IMG/VR virus record: IMGVR_UViG_3300022935_000010
Coordinates: 43,116 to 107,115 of that record
Source of the DNA: a virus
Length of the DNA stretch: 64,000 nucleotides
Reading direction: 5' to 3' (one strand)
A program made the translations under genes and the position numbers. The notes beneath the pieces are model-generated. The model was not told where the DNA came from. It did no database searches and saw only the letters and a list, made by a program, of their open reading frames with translations. This document shows, one piece after another, positions 8,207 to 18,285 of this stretch. The stretch's first letter is position 1; each line of letters begins with the position of its first letter.

Positions 8207-9928
8207 ATGAAACTAATCAACGAAGCAGAAATCTTCGAAACCTGGTCTCCTATCATCGAGCAGAAGGCCGGTATTCAAGATGCTGAAAAAAAAGGATGGT
8301 TGAGCAAGTACTGCCACTACCATTCATTAAACGAGTCTGCTGGTGCATATCAGTCACTAGCAACTGTAAACGGTATGGGTGCCGTACAACCACCCGCATA
8401 CCCAGGTGGGTATAACTCCACTGGTTCTGCAGTAGGTACGCAAGCAAATTCTGCTTTCTATAACTCTGCTAACCAAGGTTCAGGTGATAAGTTTCCTTCA
8501 CTTCTTCCATTGGCAATTCAGGTTGCTGCGAAGACTGTTGGATTCGATATCGTTCCTGTAATTCCTATGTCAGGTCCTACTGGCGTACTTTCTTACCTAG
8601 ATTACGTATACTCAGGTGGTAAAATCAGTCCTGCATCTGCTGGCGCAACATCTGCTGAAGCTCTTGCAACTGCACCTTCTATGATCAAGGTAGAATTGAC
8701 AACCCCTGCAGCAGGTTATCCTGCTAACTTTGCAGTAGGTACTACTTACTACATCACTAACGCTTCTTCAGCTGGTGCATATATCACTACTGAGTTTGTT
8801 GGTCTATCTAGAATCGATGCATTCCCAATCTTTAGAGTTATGGGATTAACTGCTGGTGAGACTATCTCTGCAGTTCTTGATGGTAACGCAGCTAAAATTG
8901 GTACTGCAGTAGATGGAAACCAAGCTGGTACTACAACTGCGAGAGCAGAATTGGTTAAAGCTCTTGAGGATCACATCCAAGGATTCTCTGGTGCTGGTTT
9001 CAACAACGACCAAGACTGGCAAGGACCATTCGTAGATGGTACTAAGACTTACAACCCAATGCTAAGAGGTGTTGGTGAGAGCACTTACTACCAATCAATG
9101 GGTCTATCAACGTTCACTAAGTTCGTCGAAGCTGATACTTTCCAAGTAGCTGCTTCAGTAACTACTGAGCAGATCCAAGACCTTAACAAGCAATTCGGTA
9201 TCGACGTAATTTCTATGATCGAGAACGCATTGGTTAATGAGGTATCTCAAGCTATTAACAAGCACATCCTATCTAGAGCATTCGCTCTTGGTTGGTCTAA
9301 CCACGACGAATTCTTGACTACAGAAGGTCAGAACTTGAACCTAAACCTCGTTATCGGTGGTACTGCTGGTTCTTACACTATTCCTTCTTACATAGGTAAG
9401 TCTGACTCTGGTATCTCTATCGCTTCTGTTGCAGGTCCTGCTTCAGGAACTTACGAGAACTTGTCAACTCTACAGAGAAGACTATTCTCTAGAATTCTAG
9501 CATCTGCTAACGTGGTTGCTAACAGAGGAAGAAGAGGTCCTGCTAACTTCATCGTTACTAACGCTAACGTTGCAAGTGCATTGCAAGACATCTCTCAGTT
9601 CACTTTCGCACCTTTCTCTAACACTCTAACTCAGAACAACGGTACACTTTACCCAGTAGGTTCTCTTGCTGGTATGACCGTATATGTTGATCAGAACATG
9701 AAGTTCGGTGATAACAGAGTATTAGTAGGTAGAAAAGGTGGTGACGACGAACCAGGACTTAAGTTCATGCCTTACATGATGGCTGAGTCTATCCAAACAA
9801 TCTCTGAAGGTACTATGTCACCTAAGATTGCGGTTAAGTCTCGTTACGCACTAGTAGAAGCTGGTTTCCACCCAGAAACTATGTACTTCTGTTTCCACGT
9901 GAACGTTCCTGCTGGAGGTCTATCCTAA
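8207..9928 (+). CDS. major capsid protein (T4 gp23-like)
   Basis: ETWSPII, VIPMSGPTG, TTEQIQDL, EVSQAINK, RRGPANFIV, FMPYM, KSRYAL motifs; strong codon bias; followed by a terminator. Confidence 0.95.
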   Translation: MKLINEAEIFETWSPIIEQKAGIQDAEKKGWLSKYCHYHSLNESAGAYQSLATVNGMGAVQPPAYPGGYNSTGSAVGTQANSAFYNSANQGSGDKFPSLLPLAIQVAAKTVGFDIVPVIPMSGPTGVLSYLDYVYSGGKISPASAGATSAEALATAPSMIKVELTTPAAGYPANFAVGTTYYITNASSAGAYITTEFVGLSRIDAFPIFRVMGLTAGETISAVLDGNAAKIGTAVDGNQAGTTTARAELVKALEDHIQGFSGAGFNNDQDWQGPFVDGTKTYNPMLRGVGESTYYQSMGLSTFTKFVEADTFQVAASVTTEQIQDLNKQFGIDVISMIENALVNEVSQAINKHILSRAFALGWSNHDEFLTTEGQNLNLNLVIGGTAGSYTIPSYIGKSDSGISIASVAGPASGTYENLSTLQRRLFSRILASANVVANRGRRGPANFIVTNANVASALQDISQFTFAPFSNTLTQNNGTLYPVGSLAGMTVYVDQNMKFGDNRVLVGRKGGDDEPGLKFMPYMMAESIQTISEGTMSPKIAVKSRYALVEAGFHPETMYFCFHVNVPAGGLS

Positions 9929-9953
9929 TCAGTAGTTAGTACACACTAATATT

Positions 9954-9983
9954 AAACCCCAGGTTTTTGCCTGGGGTTTTTTT
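9954..9983 (+). terminator. rho-independent terminator after the MCP gene
   Basis: aaaccccagg-tttttg-cctggggttt plus T tract. Confidence 0.9.
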
Positions 9984-9993
9984 ATTGTCCATG

Positions 9994-10001
9994 GATATAT
10001 A
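9994..10001 (+). promoter_or_regulatory. late-promoter-like motif GATATATA
   Basis: Immediately after the terminator, before ORF 10024. Confidence 0.7.
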
Positions 10002-10023
10002 GAATAAATGTGATGGTTGCATA

Positions 10024-11124
10024 ATGAGGAAAATAAGCTCACATAAACAGTTCCTTATTGAAAGGGATCTTTCGGTAGAAGTAGATCAGGTGGTGTTAGC
10101 TGAAATGCTTCTGGACTATTATGGATTAAACGAGGGAAAGGCATTGGATACTCTTAAAAATTCGATTTCTAAAGCTTTATTTGGTCCTTTCTCCAGATTG
10201 TCTGTTATAGACACAATCAGGAAAGGAAATCTCGATATACAAAAGGAGATCATTAGAAAACAGTATGATGTGGAAGATGAAATCCTAGATCTGGAGGATA
10301 GGATAGAGGAGCTGAGAAAGAGCGGATCCTCTAGGAGCGATATTTCACGAATTCAAACACAGATTGAAAGAAAGAGAAAGGAATATAGATCTTTTGTTAA
10401 AATGAAGAAGGAGCAGACCAATAAAGGGATGAAACTTCTTGAGAAAACAATAGGTAAAAATCCAAGAAGGAGAGAATATTACGAGGCTGGATTCTTAGAC
10501 GATAAATACGAACTTGCAAAGTTTGAATTTGAACTTGCACAACAGAAATCTGCTGAAGCTGGAAATCTAAAAGATCTAAAGAAGGATCTTGAAGACGCTG
10601 CTAAAAAAGCAGAATCCTTTGTAGTAAAGACAAAAAGCTCTGCACAAACTAAGGGGAAAATAAAAGACTCCGAACTTGAGGATGTATCTGCTTTGAGAAA
10701 GAGAATCTCAGCAAATGATATGGGCGTTATAATATCTCTAAGAGAAAAGTCTAGGGATAGAATAAAGGAGCTTAAATCACAAATGTCCAAGATTCTTAGC
10801 GATATGAAGGGATTTATTTCAAAATCTCCTACATACGAGGAGGTTAAAGCTTCTGGAAAAATAACAAAGGGTATAAACGATCTCGAATCCAAAGCTAATG
10901 AGATGGATTCATTAGATAACCTTTCTAAGGTTTACTCTGATGTTATTTCTTCAAAGGGTAAATCTATTTCCAATGAATCATCATTGACTAGCTTATTTGG
11001 TAAGATTAACTCTGCTATTTCCGATGGAAATGATGCAGGATCTGGTGTTACTAAAGATGTTGTGGATATGAAATCGGACATCACATTGAAAAAGATTGGA
11101 AATCTAATAAAAAAATTGTCCTAA
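10024..11124 (+). CDS. coiled-coil putative internal head protein
   Basis: K/E-rich helical sequence; N-terminal ISSHKQFLIE and LNE motifs. Confidence 0.5.
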   Translation: MRKISSHKQFLIERDLSVEVDQVVLAEMLLDYYGLNEGKALDTLKNSISKALFGPFSRLSVIDTIRKGNLDIQKEIIRKQYDVEDEILDLEDRIEELRKSGSSRSDISRIQTQIERKRKEYRSFVKMKKEQTNKGMKLLEKTIGKNPRRREYYEAGFLDDKYELAKFEFELAQQKSAEAGNLKDLKKDLEDAAKKAESFVVKTKSSAQTKGKIKDSELEDVSALRKRISANDMGVIISLREKSRDRIKELKSQMSKILSDMKGFISKSPTYEEVKASGKITKGINDLESKANEMDSLDNLSKVYSDVISSKGKSISNESSLTSLFGKINSAISDGNDAGSGVTKDVVDMKSDITLKKIGNLIKKLS

Positions 11125-11126
11125 AG

Positions 11127-12020
11127 ATGCTTTTAAAATTTAAAGAGTGGGAATCACAAAACATAAATGAAGGGGATGTTAGCCTTGATAAGATTATGAA
11201 TTGGCTTAGCTCTAATTTTGGTGGTACAATATCTAAAATAGATTCTTTGCTTTCCAAAATAAGTTCCATAGAAACCCAATATTCTAAAGACTGGAATGAT
11301 ATCCAGACTGATATAGATGCACTGGAGGTAAAGAAAGCTCAAACAAAGAGCGATCCTGCTGAAGCTAAGAAGCTGGAAAGAATGATTGATAGGAATCAGA
11401 AATTGCTTACAGCTTTAAACAAGAAAAGAAAAGCGGACATAGCTAAGGTTGATGATAAAGTAGAAAAATTAACTAAAGGTAAAACAAGACTTGTTTCTTA
11501 TTGGAATTTAAAGAAGGCTGAATTGGAAGCAGATCTCGCCGAGAGTATGTACAAGATGGCTAAAGATCTTACTGACGAATCTGTTGCTGATGAATTGTAC
11601 GACAAATACAAAGAGGCAGCACTTCAAGCGAAATCTAAAGATGAGAAGTTTAGGGAAAGGTTTGGTAAGTTGGAATTAGCTAAGCCCTCCACTCTTAAAT
11701 CAGATACTGAGTCTAAGGCTATATCAGGTGCTAACTTTTCAATGGATCCTATCTTTTCAATGAACGCTCCCCAATTTACTAAATTCGTTCAGGATTTGGA
11801 AAAGAGTCAGGTAAGCGCATTAATCAAAGCCATGCAATCCGAAAGAAATGAAAGATATGCTACTTTAGATACCGAAAGAGATAGACTTGAAGCTCAAGCT
11901 GAAAAGAAAGGTTTGTCTCGGGATAGTGTGAAGAGGGATCTTTCAGATCTACGTGAAACTCTAATGAGACAAATTAGGGATTTGAGAACTAAAATAACTA
12001 TTGCTAGAAGATATGCTTAA
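11127..12020 (+). CDS. coiled-coil putative internal head protein (possible paralog of 10024)
   Basis: MLLKFKEW...INEG N-terminus; similar helical layout (KTRLVSYW vs NPRRREYY). Confidence 0.5.
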   Translation: MLLKFKEWESQNINEGDVSLDKIMNWLSSNFGGTISKIDSLLSKISSIETQYSKDWNDIQTDIDALEVKKAQTKSDPAEAKKLERMIDRNQKLLTALNKKRKADIAKVDDKVEKLTKGKTRLVSYWNLKKAELEADLAESMYKMAKDLTDESVADELYDKYKEAALQAKSKDEKFRERFGKLELAKPSTLKSDTESKAISGANFSMDPIFSMNAPQFTKFVQDLEKSQVSALIKAMQSERNERYATLDTERDRLEAQAEKKGLSRDSVKRDLSDLRETLMRQIRDLRTKITIARRYA

Positions 12021-12282
12021 TCGTATTAAAAAACTAAATGAGTTTCCCTTATTGGAAGGTGTAAACGAGGATTTGGTAAAAGCAAAGGCTGATGTGAATG
12101 AAAAGCAAGCAGAAATTGCCGAAGAAATAGCAAAGCAGAAAGAAACCACAGATCTTAAGGAAAAAGCTGCTAGTATAAGAAACCAGGCTAGACTTGCTGG
12201 TCAGATGCCTTCTTTATTGAATGCGCTGGCAAATGCAATGGATGCAAAGGCTGATTCTGGTGACACAACAAATATTTATTAA
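12013..12282 (+). CDS. small coiled-coil protein
   Basis: ATG 12013 overlaps the previous stop; IKKLNEF..LLE..VNE N-terminus. Confidence 0.55.
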   Translation: MLNRIKKLNEFPLLEGVNEDLVKAKADVNEKQAEIAEEIAKQKETTDLKEKAASIRNQARLAGQMPSLLNALANAMDAKADSGDTTNIY

Positions 12283-12285
12283 AAG

Positions 12286-14679
12286 ATGGCAAACAATTAT
12301 CTTAGGAATAACCCAGTAGCGAATCAATTGTCGATTGACACATTTAGATTGTTTGAAAATCAGGATGTTGACAAAGCTCTTGAAATAGCAGTCGATACTC
12401 TTTTAGGGGTCTTCAAAAAAATCACTTTTGATCTAGCTTCGGATAGGAATAGATCTTTTGAATCTTTTTCTAAAAAGCTTATGGGAGTGGGCGAGGCATC
12501 TTCTTTTAAATCACTGATTGCTAACATAAAAGACGTTTGTGGGGATATTGAGCTTGCTGATCCTATTTTGGCACCACTTAAAAAGATGTATCTTGATTCT
12601 ATCGATACGTTGGGTGATGCTATCAAAAGAATGATAGAGTTAGATCCATCACTAGAAGCAAAAGCTATTGAATATTTCAAAAAAGCTAGCAAAAGATTGT
12701 TGGAAACAATTAAAAGAGTTGCTGACCAATACCAGGAAAGGATAAACGAATCCCAAGCTATTGGTGTTCCTGGCAGAATGGAGAGGCTTAAGAGAATCTT
12801 GGTAAATCACATTATGGATTCAAAGGGAAAGGATGCAAAAGCTGGTTATGGTAGGGATTGGCACAGATTGTTTACTACTTTGGAACAGAAACTTTCTTCC
12901 ATAAATGCCGATAAAGCAACATTCTCAGATGGTGATAGAAAAAATCTCGCAGAACTTGAAAAGAAGACTGATAGCTTAACACAAGAGTACAATCAGTACA
13001 AAGTTAGAGCGGCTGAAACCGTGATGAGCAAGATTATCAAGGATCCTGACCTAGAGTCAAAATTTGCTGATTATATTGAGATCATGACTAATGCCTTAGA
13101 TGGTGTTACGAAAGCAAATACCGAGGAGGGCCTTATCGAGGTAAAAGTACGTGAGATCCTTGATGATAAGGAAACTAAAATGCAGGATAGGGTATTCCCA
13201 CTGAAAGTTGGTGATAAGGACAATGACGGTAAGCTTAAGGGTTCTGGCTTGATTCAGACAGTCCAGAAGGCACTTATTGATGCCTTTATACCGATTAAAA
13301 ATCTTTTGGATCCTAGAGGTGGTGCTAATGGTAAATTTGAAACCCCAACTAGTGTTGCTGTAAAGTCTATACAAGCTTCACTTGGAAATAAAGATGTGAA
13401 TGGTACTTTGGATAAGCCTTTATTGGATGTTATTTTAAAGCTGGATCAGGTGTCTGGAGAAAATAAAGATGCAATAAAAGAAGCTATTTCAAAGCTTAGG
13501 GTTTCTTATTCATCAATGAGTGAGTCTACAAGCGCATTAAGTGTTACCGAATTTATGAGGCTGATGGAAGCTATGACTTATATAGATCCTAATGAAATAG
13601 AGGATAAAATCAAAATGTACAGTGAGGAAATAACTGAAGATGATGATTCTGTTGCACAACCAACTACCTCTGACTACACCATGGCTGAAAGACTGGCTAA
13701 GATGTTAAGGACTAAGAATTACAACAAAAACGCGGAGACAGAAGATTTTCTTAAGGAGGATGGTACTTTAAAGGGATCTTGTCCCCAAGATTTTATTGAC
13801 GGCTGGACAAAAGCAATATCTGGTGATAAGTCTGTTTCCTTCTTTTTTATAGAGGATGAGAATGGAGGTTCACTTTATCCTACTAAGAGATTATCTTGTA
13901 ATGTGAATAAGCCATGTAACTGGAAAAGGTATAAATCTATTGCTGGAGATGAAACAGACGACGTTCACAATTTTGGAAAATGGTACACGACATACTGGAA
14001 AAATTTTGGTGGCGTTGGTTCTGAAATCAAGTCAAAAGTTTTGGATGATGTAATGAAGTCCAATTGTTCATTGGCTAAAGAGGAAAAACTTTCCGATGTT
14101 ATAACGATCTACGAAGATCTTGAGAACTCTTTCATGCCTCATAAGGATGAAATATCACATGGCTATCTTAGACCAAATTCAATAAAGGAGATTTCTTCTG
14201 GAATAAAGGGTATGTTAGGTAATGATGGTGTTTCTAATCTTAGTCCTGCTGAACTAAGAGCTTTATATAACTCAGTTGTCCTAATTTCTCCCCTAATCAC
14301 ATTTGATAGAGAAAGAGATGAATGGGTACCAGCACTATCCTTCCTATGTAAGACACTGGATTTAACTGAAGATGAGCTATTATCTGGGATTAAGAAAAGT
14401 AGTTCCTTAGGAAAGAAAGGCAAAATGAGTTCTGAAAAAGTAGCTTATCTTGATACTAAATCCTTACAGGATGGAGGTGATAGTGAAATTTTGAAATCAA
14501 CTGTTATCGGTAGCACAGAGGATCCAGAGAAGATAAACAACATGAAATCAACACTAGATAAGGTTAAGTCTGTACTAAAGAGTCTTTCCAAACACACTAA
14601 GAGAATTAGTATAAGCGATGTTGGTGATATTACTCCTGATATTTCTGATTCTGTTGTTGTTATCTCTATGGCCAAGTAA
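12286..14679 (+). CDS. large virion-associated protein with a putative peptidoglycan-binding domain
   Basis: LKVGD...VQKALI...NGKFETPTSVAVKSIQ...VNGTLD resembles PG_binding_1; LFE/INE/LME motifs. Confidence 0.5.
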   Translation: MANNYLRNNPVANQLSIDTFRLFENQDVDKALEIAVDTLLGVFKKITFDLASDRNRSFESFSKKLMGVGEASSFKSLIANIKDVCGDIELADPILAPLKKMYLDSIDTLGDAIKRMIELDPSLEAKAIEYFKKASKRLLETIKRVADQYQERINESQAIGVPGRMERLKRILVNHIMDSKGKDAKAGYGRDWHRLFTTLEQKLSSINADKATFSDGDRKNLAELEKKTDSLTQEYNQYKVRAAETVMSKIIKDPDLESKFADYIEIMTNALDGVTKANTEEGLIEVKVREILDDKETKMQDRVFPLKVGDKDNDGKLKGSGLIQTVQKALIDAFIPIKNLLDPRGGANGKFETPTSVAVKSIQASLGNKDVNGTLDKPLLDVILKLDQVSGENKDAIKEAISKLRVSYSSMSESTSALSVTEFMRLMEAMTYIDPNEIEDKIKMYSEEITEDDDSVAQPTTSDYTMAERLAKMLRTKNYNKNAETEDFLKEDGTLKGSCPQDFIDGWTKAISGDKSVSFFFIEDENGGSLYPTKRLSCNVNKPCNWKRYKSIAGDETDDVHNFGKWYTTYWKNFGGVGSEIKSKVLDDVMKSNCSLAKEEKLSDVITIYEDLENSFMPHKDEISHGYLRPNSIKEISSGIKGMLGNDGVSNLSPAELRALYNSVVLISPLITFDRERDEWVPALSFLCKTLDLTEDELLSGIKKSSSLGKKGKMSSEKVAYLDTKSLQDGGDSEILKSTVIGSTEDPEKINNMKSTLDKVKSVLKSLSKHTKRISISDVGDITPDISDSVVVISMAK

Positions 14680-14683
14680 CCTA

Positions 14684-14712
14684 GAAACTTATCAAACACA
14701 TAACTCTATAAC
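14684..14712 (+). promoter_or_regulatory. putative bipartite promoter GAAACTT-N15-CTATAAC
   Basis: Matches the sites at 70 and 18693 in sequence and spacing. Confidence 0.35.
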
Positions 14713-14730
14713 TCCTAAAGGTGTTTTTTA

Positions 14731-15663
14731 ATGTGTAAGGCAGTTAAGTTATATTTCTTGAGTTTTTGTAGACAAGGTCCACCCTACGATTCGGGTAAAG
14801 ACCTCACTAGTAACGTGGATAATATAAAAGCTCTACTTGGTGGTTTCTTTGACGATGTAATTATTTACTCCCCAGCTTCTCTTAAAGAGTGTGAGGGTAG
14901 CGATGGATTTTGTGAGTTCCACGATGGTGATTTTCCACTTAACGCCGGTTTGAATGCAAATGGATGCGGGGATTTTAAATCTTTCATTATAGATAAAACT
15001 CTCGGTGAGATTGATGATGGTGATATTCTGGTTTACCATGATTGCAATTTTGCTAAATATCCACAATACTGGCAAACAGATTGGGAAAACCTACACGATA
15101 TTGTAAATTTCTTACTTTCTGAAAATGGTTCGGATTTTTTTATACCCTTTGAGCATGAGGCATTTGGCAAAAAACCTACAGTTTCTCTTCACGGAAAAAG
15201 ATATACTACAAATAAAATCATAACAAATTCTACTGAGGCTGAGATTGTTTCCAGATGCTATGAGATCGCTTCCAGTAGGATGATAATAAGGAATTCTGAA
15301 TCCTCTCGTGCTTTCTTTGGTGATTATAAAAGGCTGTGTAGCCAAAAGGATCTACTAACAAAATATCCAAATCCAAATCCATATCCGGAATTTACCCATA
15401 GCTGCCCAGAGCAACATGTGTTAAATTGTTTAATTTACAAGTACATTTTAGACGGTAAGCTTGATAAGCATTTTCCTAGGTATTCATTTCCCAACGGGAG
15501 ACTTTCAATCCATTCTGGAGTTGAATATAGAATAAACGAGGAACTGTCGAAATATATGAAGGTTAAGACCATAAAAGAATTTGAAAAAAGGAACAACAAT
15601 GTCGGGGAAAATAAAGATATTCGAGGGACCAAGGAATTCGGGGAAGACATTTTTAGCACGTAG
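14731..15663 (+). CDS. glycosyltransferase-like protein (GT-A fold)
   Basis: DGDILVYHDCN (DxD-like position) and HSCPEQHVLN (resembles the DQ..LN motif of GT8/GT34/GT77-like enzymes). Confidence 0.55.
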   Translation: MCKAVKLYFLSFCRQGPPYDSGKDLTSNVDNIKALLGGFFDDVIIYSPASLKECEGSDGFCEFHDGDFPLNAGLNANGCGDFKSFIIDKTLGEIDDGDILVYHDCNFAKYPQYWQTDWENLHDIVNFLLSENGSDFFIPFEHEAFGKKPTVSLHGKRYTTNKIITNSTEAEIVSRCYEIASSRMIIRNSESSRAFFGDYKRLCSQKDLLTKYPNPNPYPEFTHSCPEQHVLNCLIYKYILDGKLDKHFPRYSFPNGRLSIHSGVEYRINEELSKYMKVKTIKEFEKRNNNVGENKDIRGTKEFGEDIFST

Positions 15664-16147
15664 GTATTCTGAGATCCACAGTCTTCCTATTTATCAGTTT
15701 GACTTCGTTGGGTGGTTCAATAAGTTAGAATTTGATAATGGCTCCCGAGAGACCCACTCATTTGCGCTTGGTAAGGAACTGATGCTGCTCCAGCTTTCGA
15801 GGGATAAACTACTTCCTACCTTTATACTCGATCGGGGTATAATTACTGTGCTTTCCTGGGGAATATTATCAGGAAGGATAACGGAAGAATTTGCTCTAAA
15901 TCAGCTTAAAATGATTGCTGGAGAGGGTTTGCTTAAAAACTGTGAAATCTATTTCGTAACTGGAGATAATCCAGACAAGTCCCCTAGAAATAAGGACAAT
16001 TGGGATTTTACTGAGGAAGACAACAAGGAACTAGAGATAGTTGAAAATTTGATAGGTTATATTCAAAATCAACCTTACAATGTTTATACCCAACGTATTT
16101 TTAATAGCTTCAGTGATAAAACGATAAACGATTTAAAACATATTTAG
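15599..16147 (+). CDS. P-loop nucleotide-monophosphate-kinase-like protein (dTMP kinase fold)
   Basis: IFEGPRNSGKT Walker A and ILDRG; ATG 15599 preferred over TTG 15581. Confidence 0.8.
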   Translation: MSGKIKIFEGPRNSGKTFLARRYSEIHSLPIYQFDFVGWFNKLEFDNGSRETHSFALGKELMLLQLSRDKLLPTFILDRGIITVLSWGILSGRITEEFALNQLKMIAGEGLLKNCEIYFVTGDNPDKSPRNKDNWDFTEEDNKELEIVENLIGYIQNQPYNVYTQRIFNSFSDKTINDLKHI

Positions 16148-17551
16148 ATGTGTGGAATAATAATTACGAAAACTCCAGGTGAGGATGTTTTAGACTCTAT
16201 TAAACATAGGGGGATTGAGAAAACTGTGGTTGTGAAAAACGGACTCAGTATTTGTCACCACAGGCTCCCAATTCAAACATCTGATGGTGATAATTGGAAT
16301 CAGCCTATAGAGGTAGCAGACGGCATTTATTTGCTGTTTAATGGTGAGATATTTAACTATGACACAGTAAGGTTTGATTCTGATATAGAATATCTAACCA
16401 ACTTATTTAGAAGATACCGAGGCGGGAGTTTTGAGATGTTCTGCTCTCTTTTTATTCCTATTATACAAACTTGGGATGGATTTTGGGCAATTACAATCTA
16501 TGATTCTTCAACCAACGATATAATTGCATTTACGGATCCTTTGGGTAGAAAATGTCTTTATTACAATTCACTTGGTGAAATTGCATCCGAGATTAAGCCT
16601 TTGGTTTATGAGAATTCCCAGATCGATGAATCTTTTATTAGTACTGTGAGAAAGTGGGGGTACAACACCGATGAAAGAACACCATACAGCGACATTAAAA
16701 GGATCCTACCGAACAACATTTATCACTTTAATTTAGATAAAACTCCTGAGTTTAAAAATGTTTATCAAACTTACTATAAGGGTTTTGACTACCCAATTCA
16801 AGAATTGGTTGGTAAAGATTATGATGCCCATATGGAATGGCTTTGGTCTAAAATGTTCGAGTCTGTTAGGAATAGATTGATCTCTAAAGATTATCCGATT
16901 TCACTTCTAATCTCAGGGGGGCTTGATTCTTCAATTATTGCATCAATTCTCAATGAGCTTGGTGCTGATGTTAGGTGGTTTAGTATTGAGAATGGCGAGA
17001 AGGAGTTTGTTGACATTCTCGCTTCAAAGCTCGGTAAAGAGGTTTCCTTTTTGGACTATTCAATGGATGAATCTATGAATGAAAAAATCTACAAGAAGTG
17101 GAACGAATCACCGATAGATCTGGGTTCTGTAATACCGCAATACCACTTATTTGATGCGGTAAAAAGATTTGGTGGATATCGTATAGTTCTTTCTGGTGAT
17201 GGTGCTGATGAGCTATTTGGAGGGTATAAAAGAATACACGAATATGATTCTCAAAAGTCAGATGTTTTTGATGAGCTTTCATACTACCACTTGCCTAGGC
17301 TTGATAAAATGTCTATGGCGCATACACTTGAGTTAAGAAGCCCATTTTTAAATCTTGATCTAGTAAGGTTTGCTTTACATCTTCCCCTTGAATGGAGAAA
17401 GGACAAAAAAATTCTTAAGGACACTTTTGCACCGTTACTCCCCGATGAGATTATTAATCGTAAGAAGGCACCACTAAAAAATCCGAAGATAAAGGAGGAT
17501 AAAATTGCATATAGATATAAAGCAGTTGATCTTTTTCTAGGTAATAGATAA
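16148..17551 (+). CDS. asnB: asparagine synthetase B-like glutamine amidotransferase
   Basis: MCGI, HRG, FNGEIFN, SGGLDSS, SGDGADELFGGY, DKMSMAHTLELRSPFL all intact. Confidence 0.93.
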   Translation: MCGIIITKTPGEDVLDSIKHRGIEKTVVVKNGLSICHHRLPIQTSDGDNWNQPIEVADGIYLLFNGEIFNYDTVRFDSDIEYLTNLFRRYRGGSFEMFCSLFIPIIQTWDGFWAITIYDSSTNDIIAFTDPLGRKCLYYNSLGEIASEIKPLVYENSQIDESFISTVRKWGYNTDERTPYSDIKRILPNNIYHFNLDKTPEFKNVYQTYYKGFDYPIQELVGKDYDAHMEWLWSKMFESVRNRLISKDYPISLLISGGLDSSIIASILNELGADVRWFSIENGEKEFVDILASKLGKEVSFLDYSMDESMNEKIYKKWNESPIDLGSVIPQYHLFDAVKRFGGYRIVLSGDGADELFGGYKRIHEYDSQKSDVFDELSYYHLPRLDKMSMAHTLELRSPFLNLDLVRFALHLPLEWRKDKKILKDTFAPLLPDEIINRKKAPLKNPKIKEDKIAYRYKAVDLFLGNR

Positions 17552-17566
17552 ATTACTTCTTGGAGC

Positions 17567-17574
17567 GATATATA
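17567..17574 (+). promoter_or_regulatory. late-promoter-like motif GATATATA
   Basis: Intergenic, before ORF 17592. Confidence 0.65.
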
Positions 17575-17591
17575 AAGAAAAAATCTCCAAA

Positions 17592-18272
17592 ATGGCTAAT
17601 AATATTAAATCCTTTGAGGATTTTAAATCTGATATAGCTCAGGAAGTAAACGAGAGCTGGTTCTCTGATATACTTGGGTATGCTGGAGGTGCATTTAGCG
17701 ATGTTCTAAAAGGTAAAGCATCTGCTTACCTTATGAGTTTCTTTGGTATTGGTGAGCAATCTATATTTAGTAAACTTGTACAGAACTTTGTAGAACAAAT
17801 TCCAATTGCAGATTTAACCAAAATTATATTTGCTGGTAAGGCAAATTCTGCTTACCTTGCTCCAAAAATGGCTGACGCAACTATAGAATTCCTTTCTGAG
17901 AAAGGTCTAGACGGGATAGCAGAGGATCTCCATATAGAGCCTTCTGGATGGATTTACAGGACATTATCAGAGATAATAAGCAACCAAGCAAGAAGGGAAA
18001 ATTTCAGGGAATCCTTGGTTAAATTTTACTTGCAAGCATTTAATGGATTTGAAAGTCCTGATGTCGAGGAATTTAAAAGTTCTTTATCTTCCATGGATAA
18101 AAGAAGTCTGGAAAGGGGTCTAGAGGATGCTTCCAGAAGATCTGGTGCTGATTTAGATGTGGCATCTAGCGAAGCTGGAAGGGATATGGTTACTGACTTT
18201 TTATCTGGATTAGCTGGTGATGGTCAATCAATGCAATCTCTCGGATTAAGTACTGGGGGAACAATACAATAA
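17592..18272 (+). CDS. putative internal head protein
   Basis: N-terminal IKSFEDF...VNES motif; late-promoter motif upstream. Confidence 0.5.
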   Translation: MANNIKSFEDFKSDIAQEVNESWFSDILGYAGGAFSDVLKGKASAYLMSFFGIGEQSIFSKLVQNFVEQIPIADLTKIIFAGKANSAYLAPKMADATIEFLSEKGLDGIAEDLHIEPSGWIYRTLSEIISNQARRENFRESLVKFYLQAFNGFESPDVEEFKSSLSSMDKRSLERGLEDASRRSGADLDVASSEAGRDMVTDFLSGLAGDGQSMQSLGLSTGGTIQ

Positions 18273-18285
18273 AAATACTAATATC

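Noticed and set aside
16145-16150. In-frame TAG-ATG junction suggesting stop-codon recoding or a kinase-AsnB fusion
   Set aside because: All genes are full length in the standard code, and Ntn amidotransferases need a free N-terminal Cys, so separate translation is more plausible
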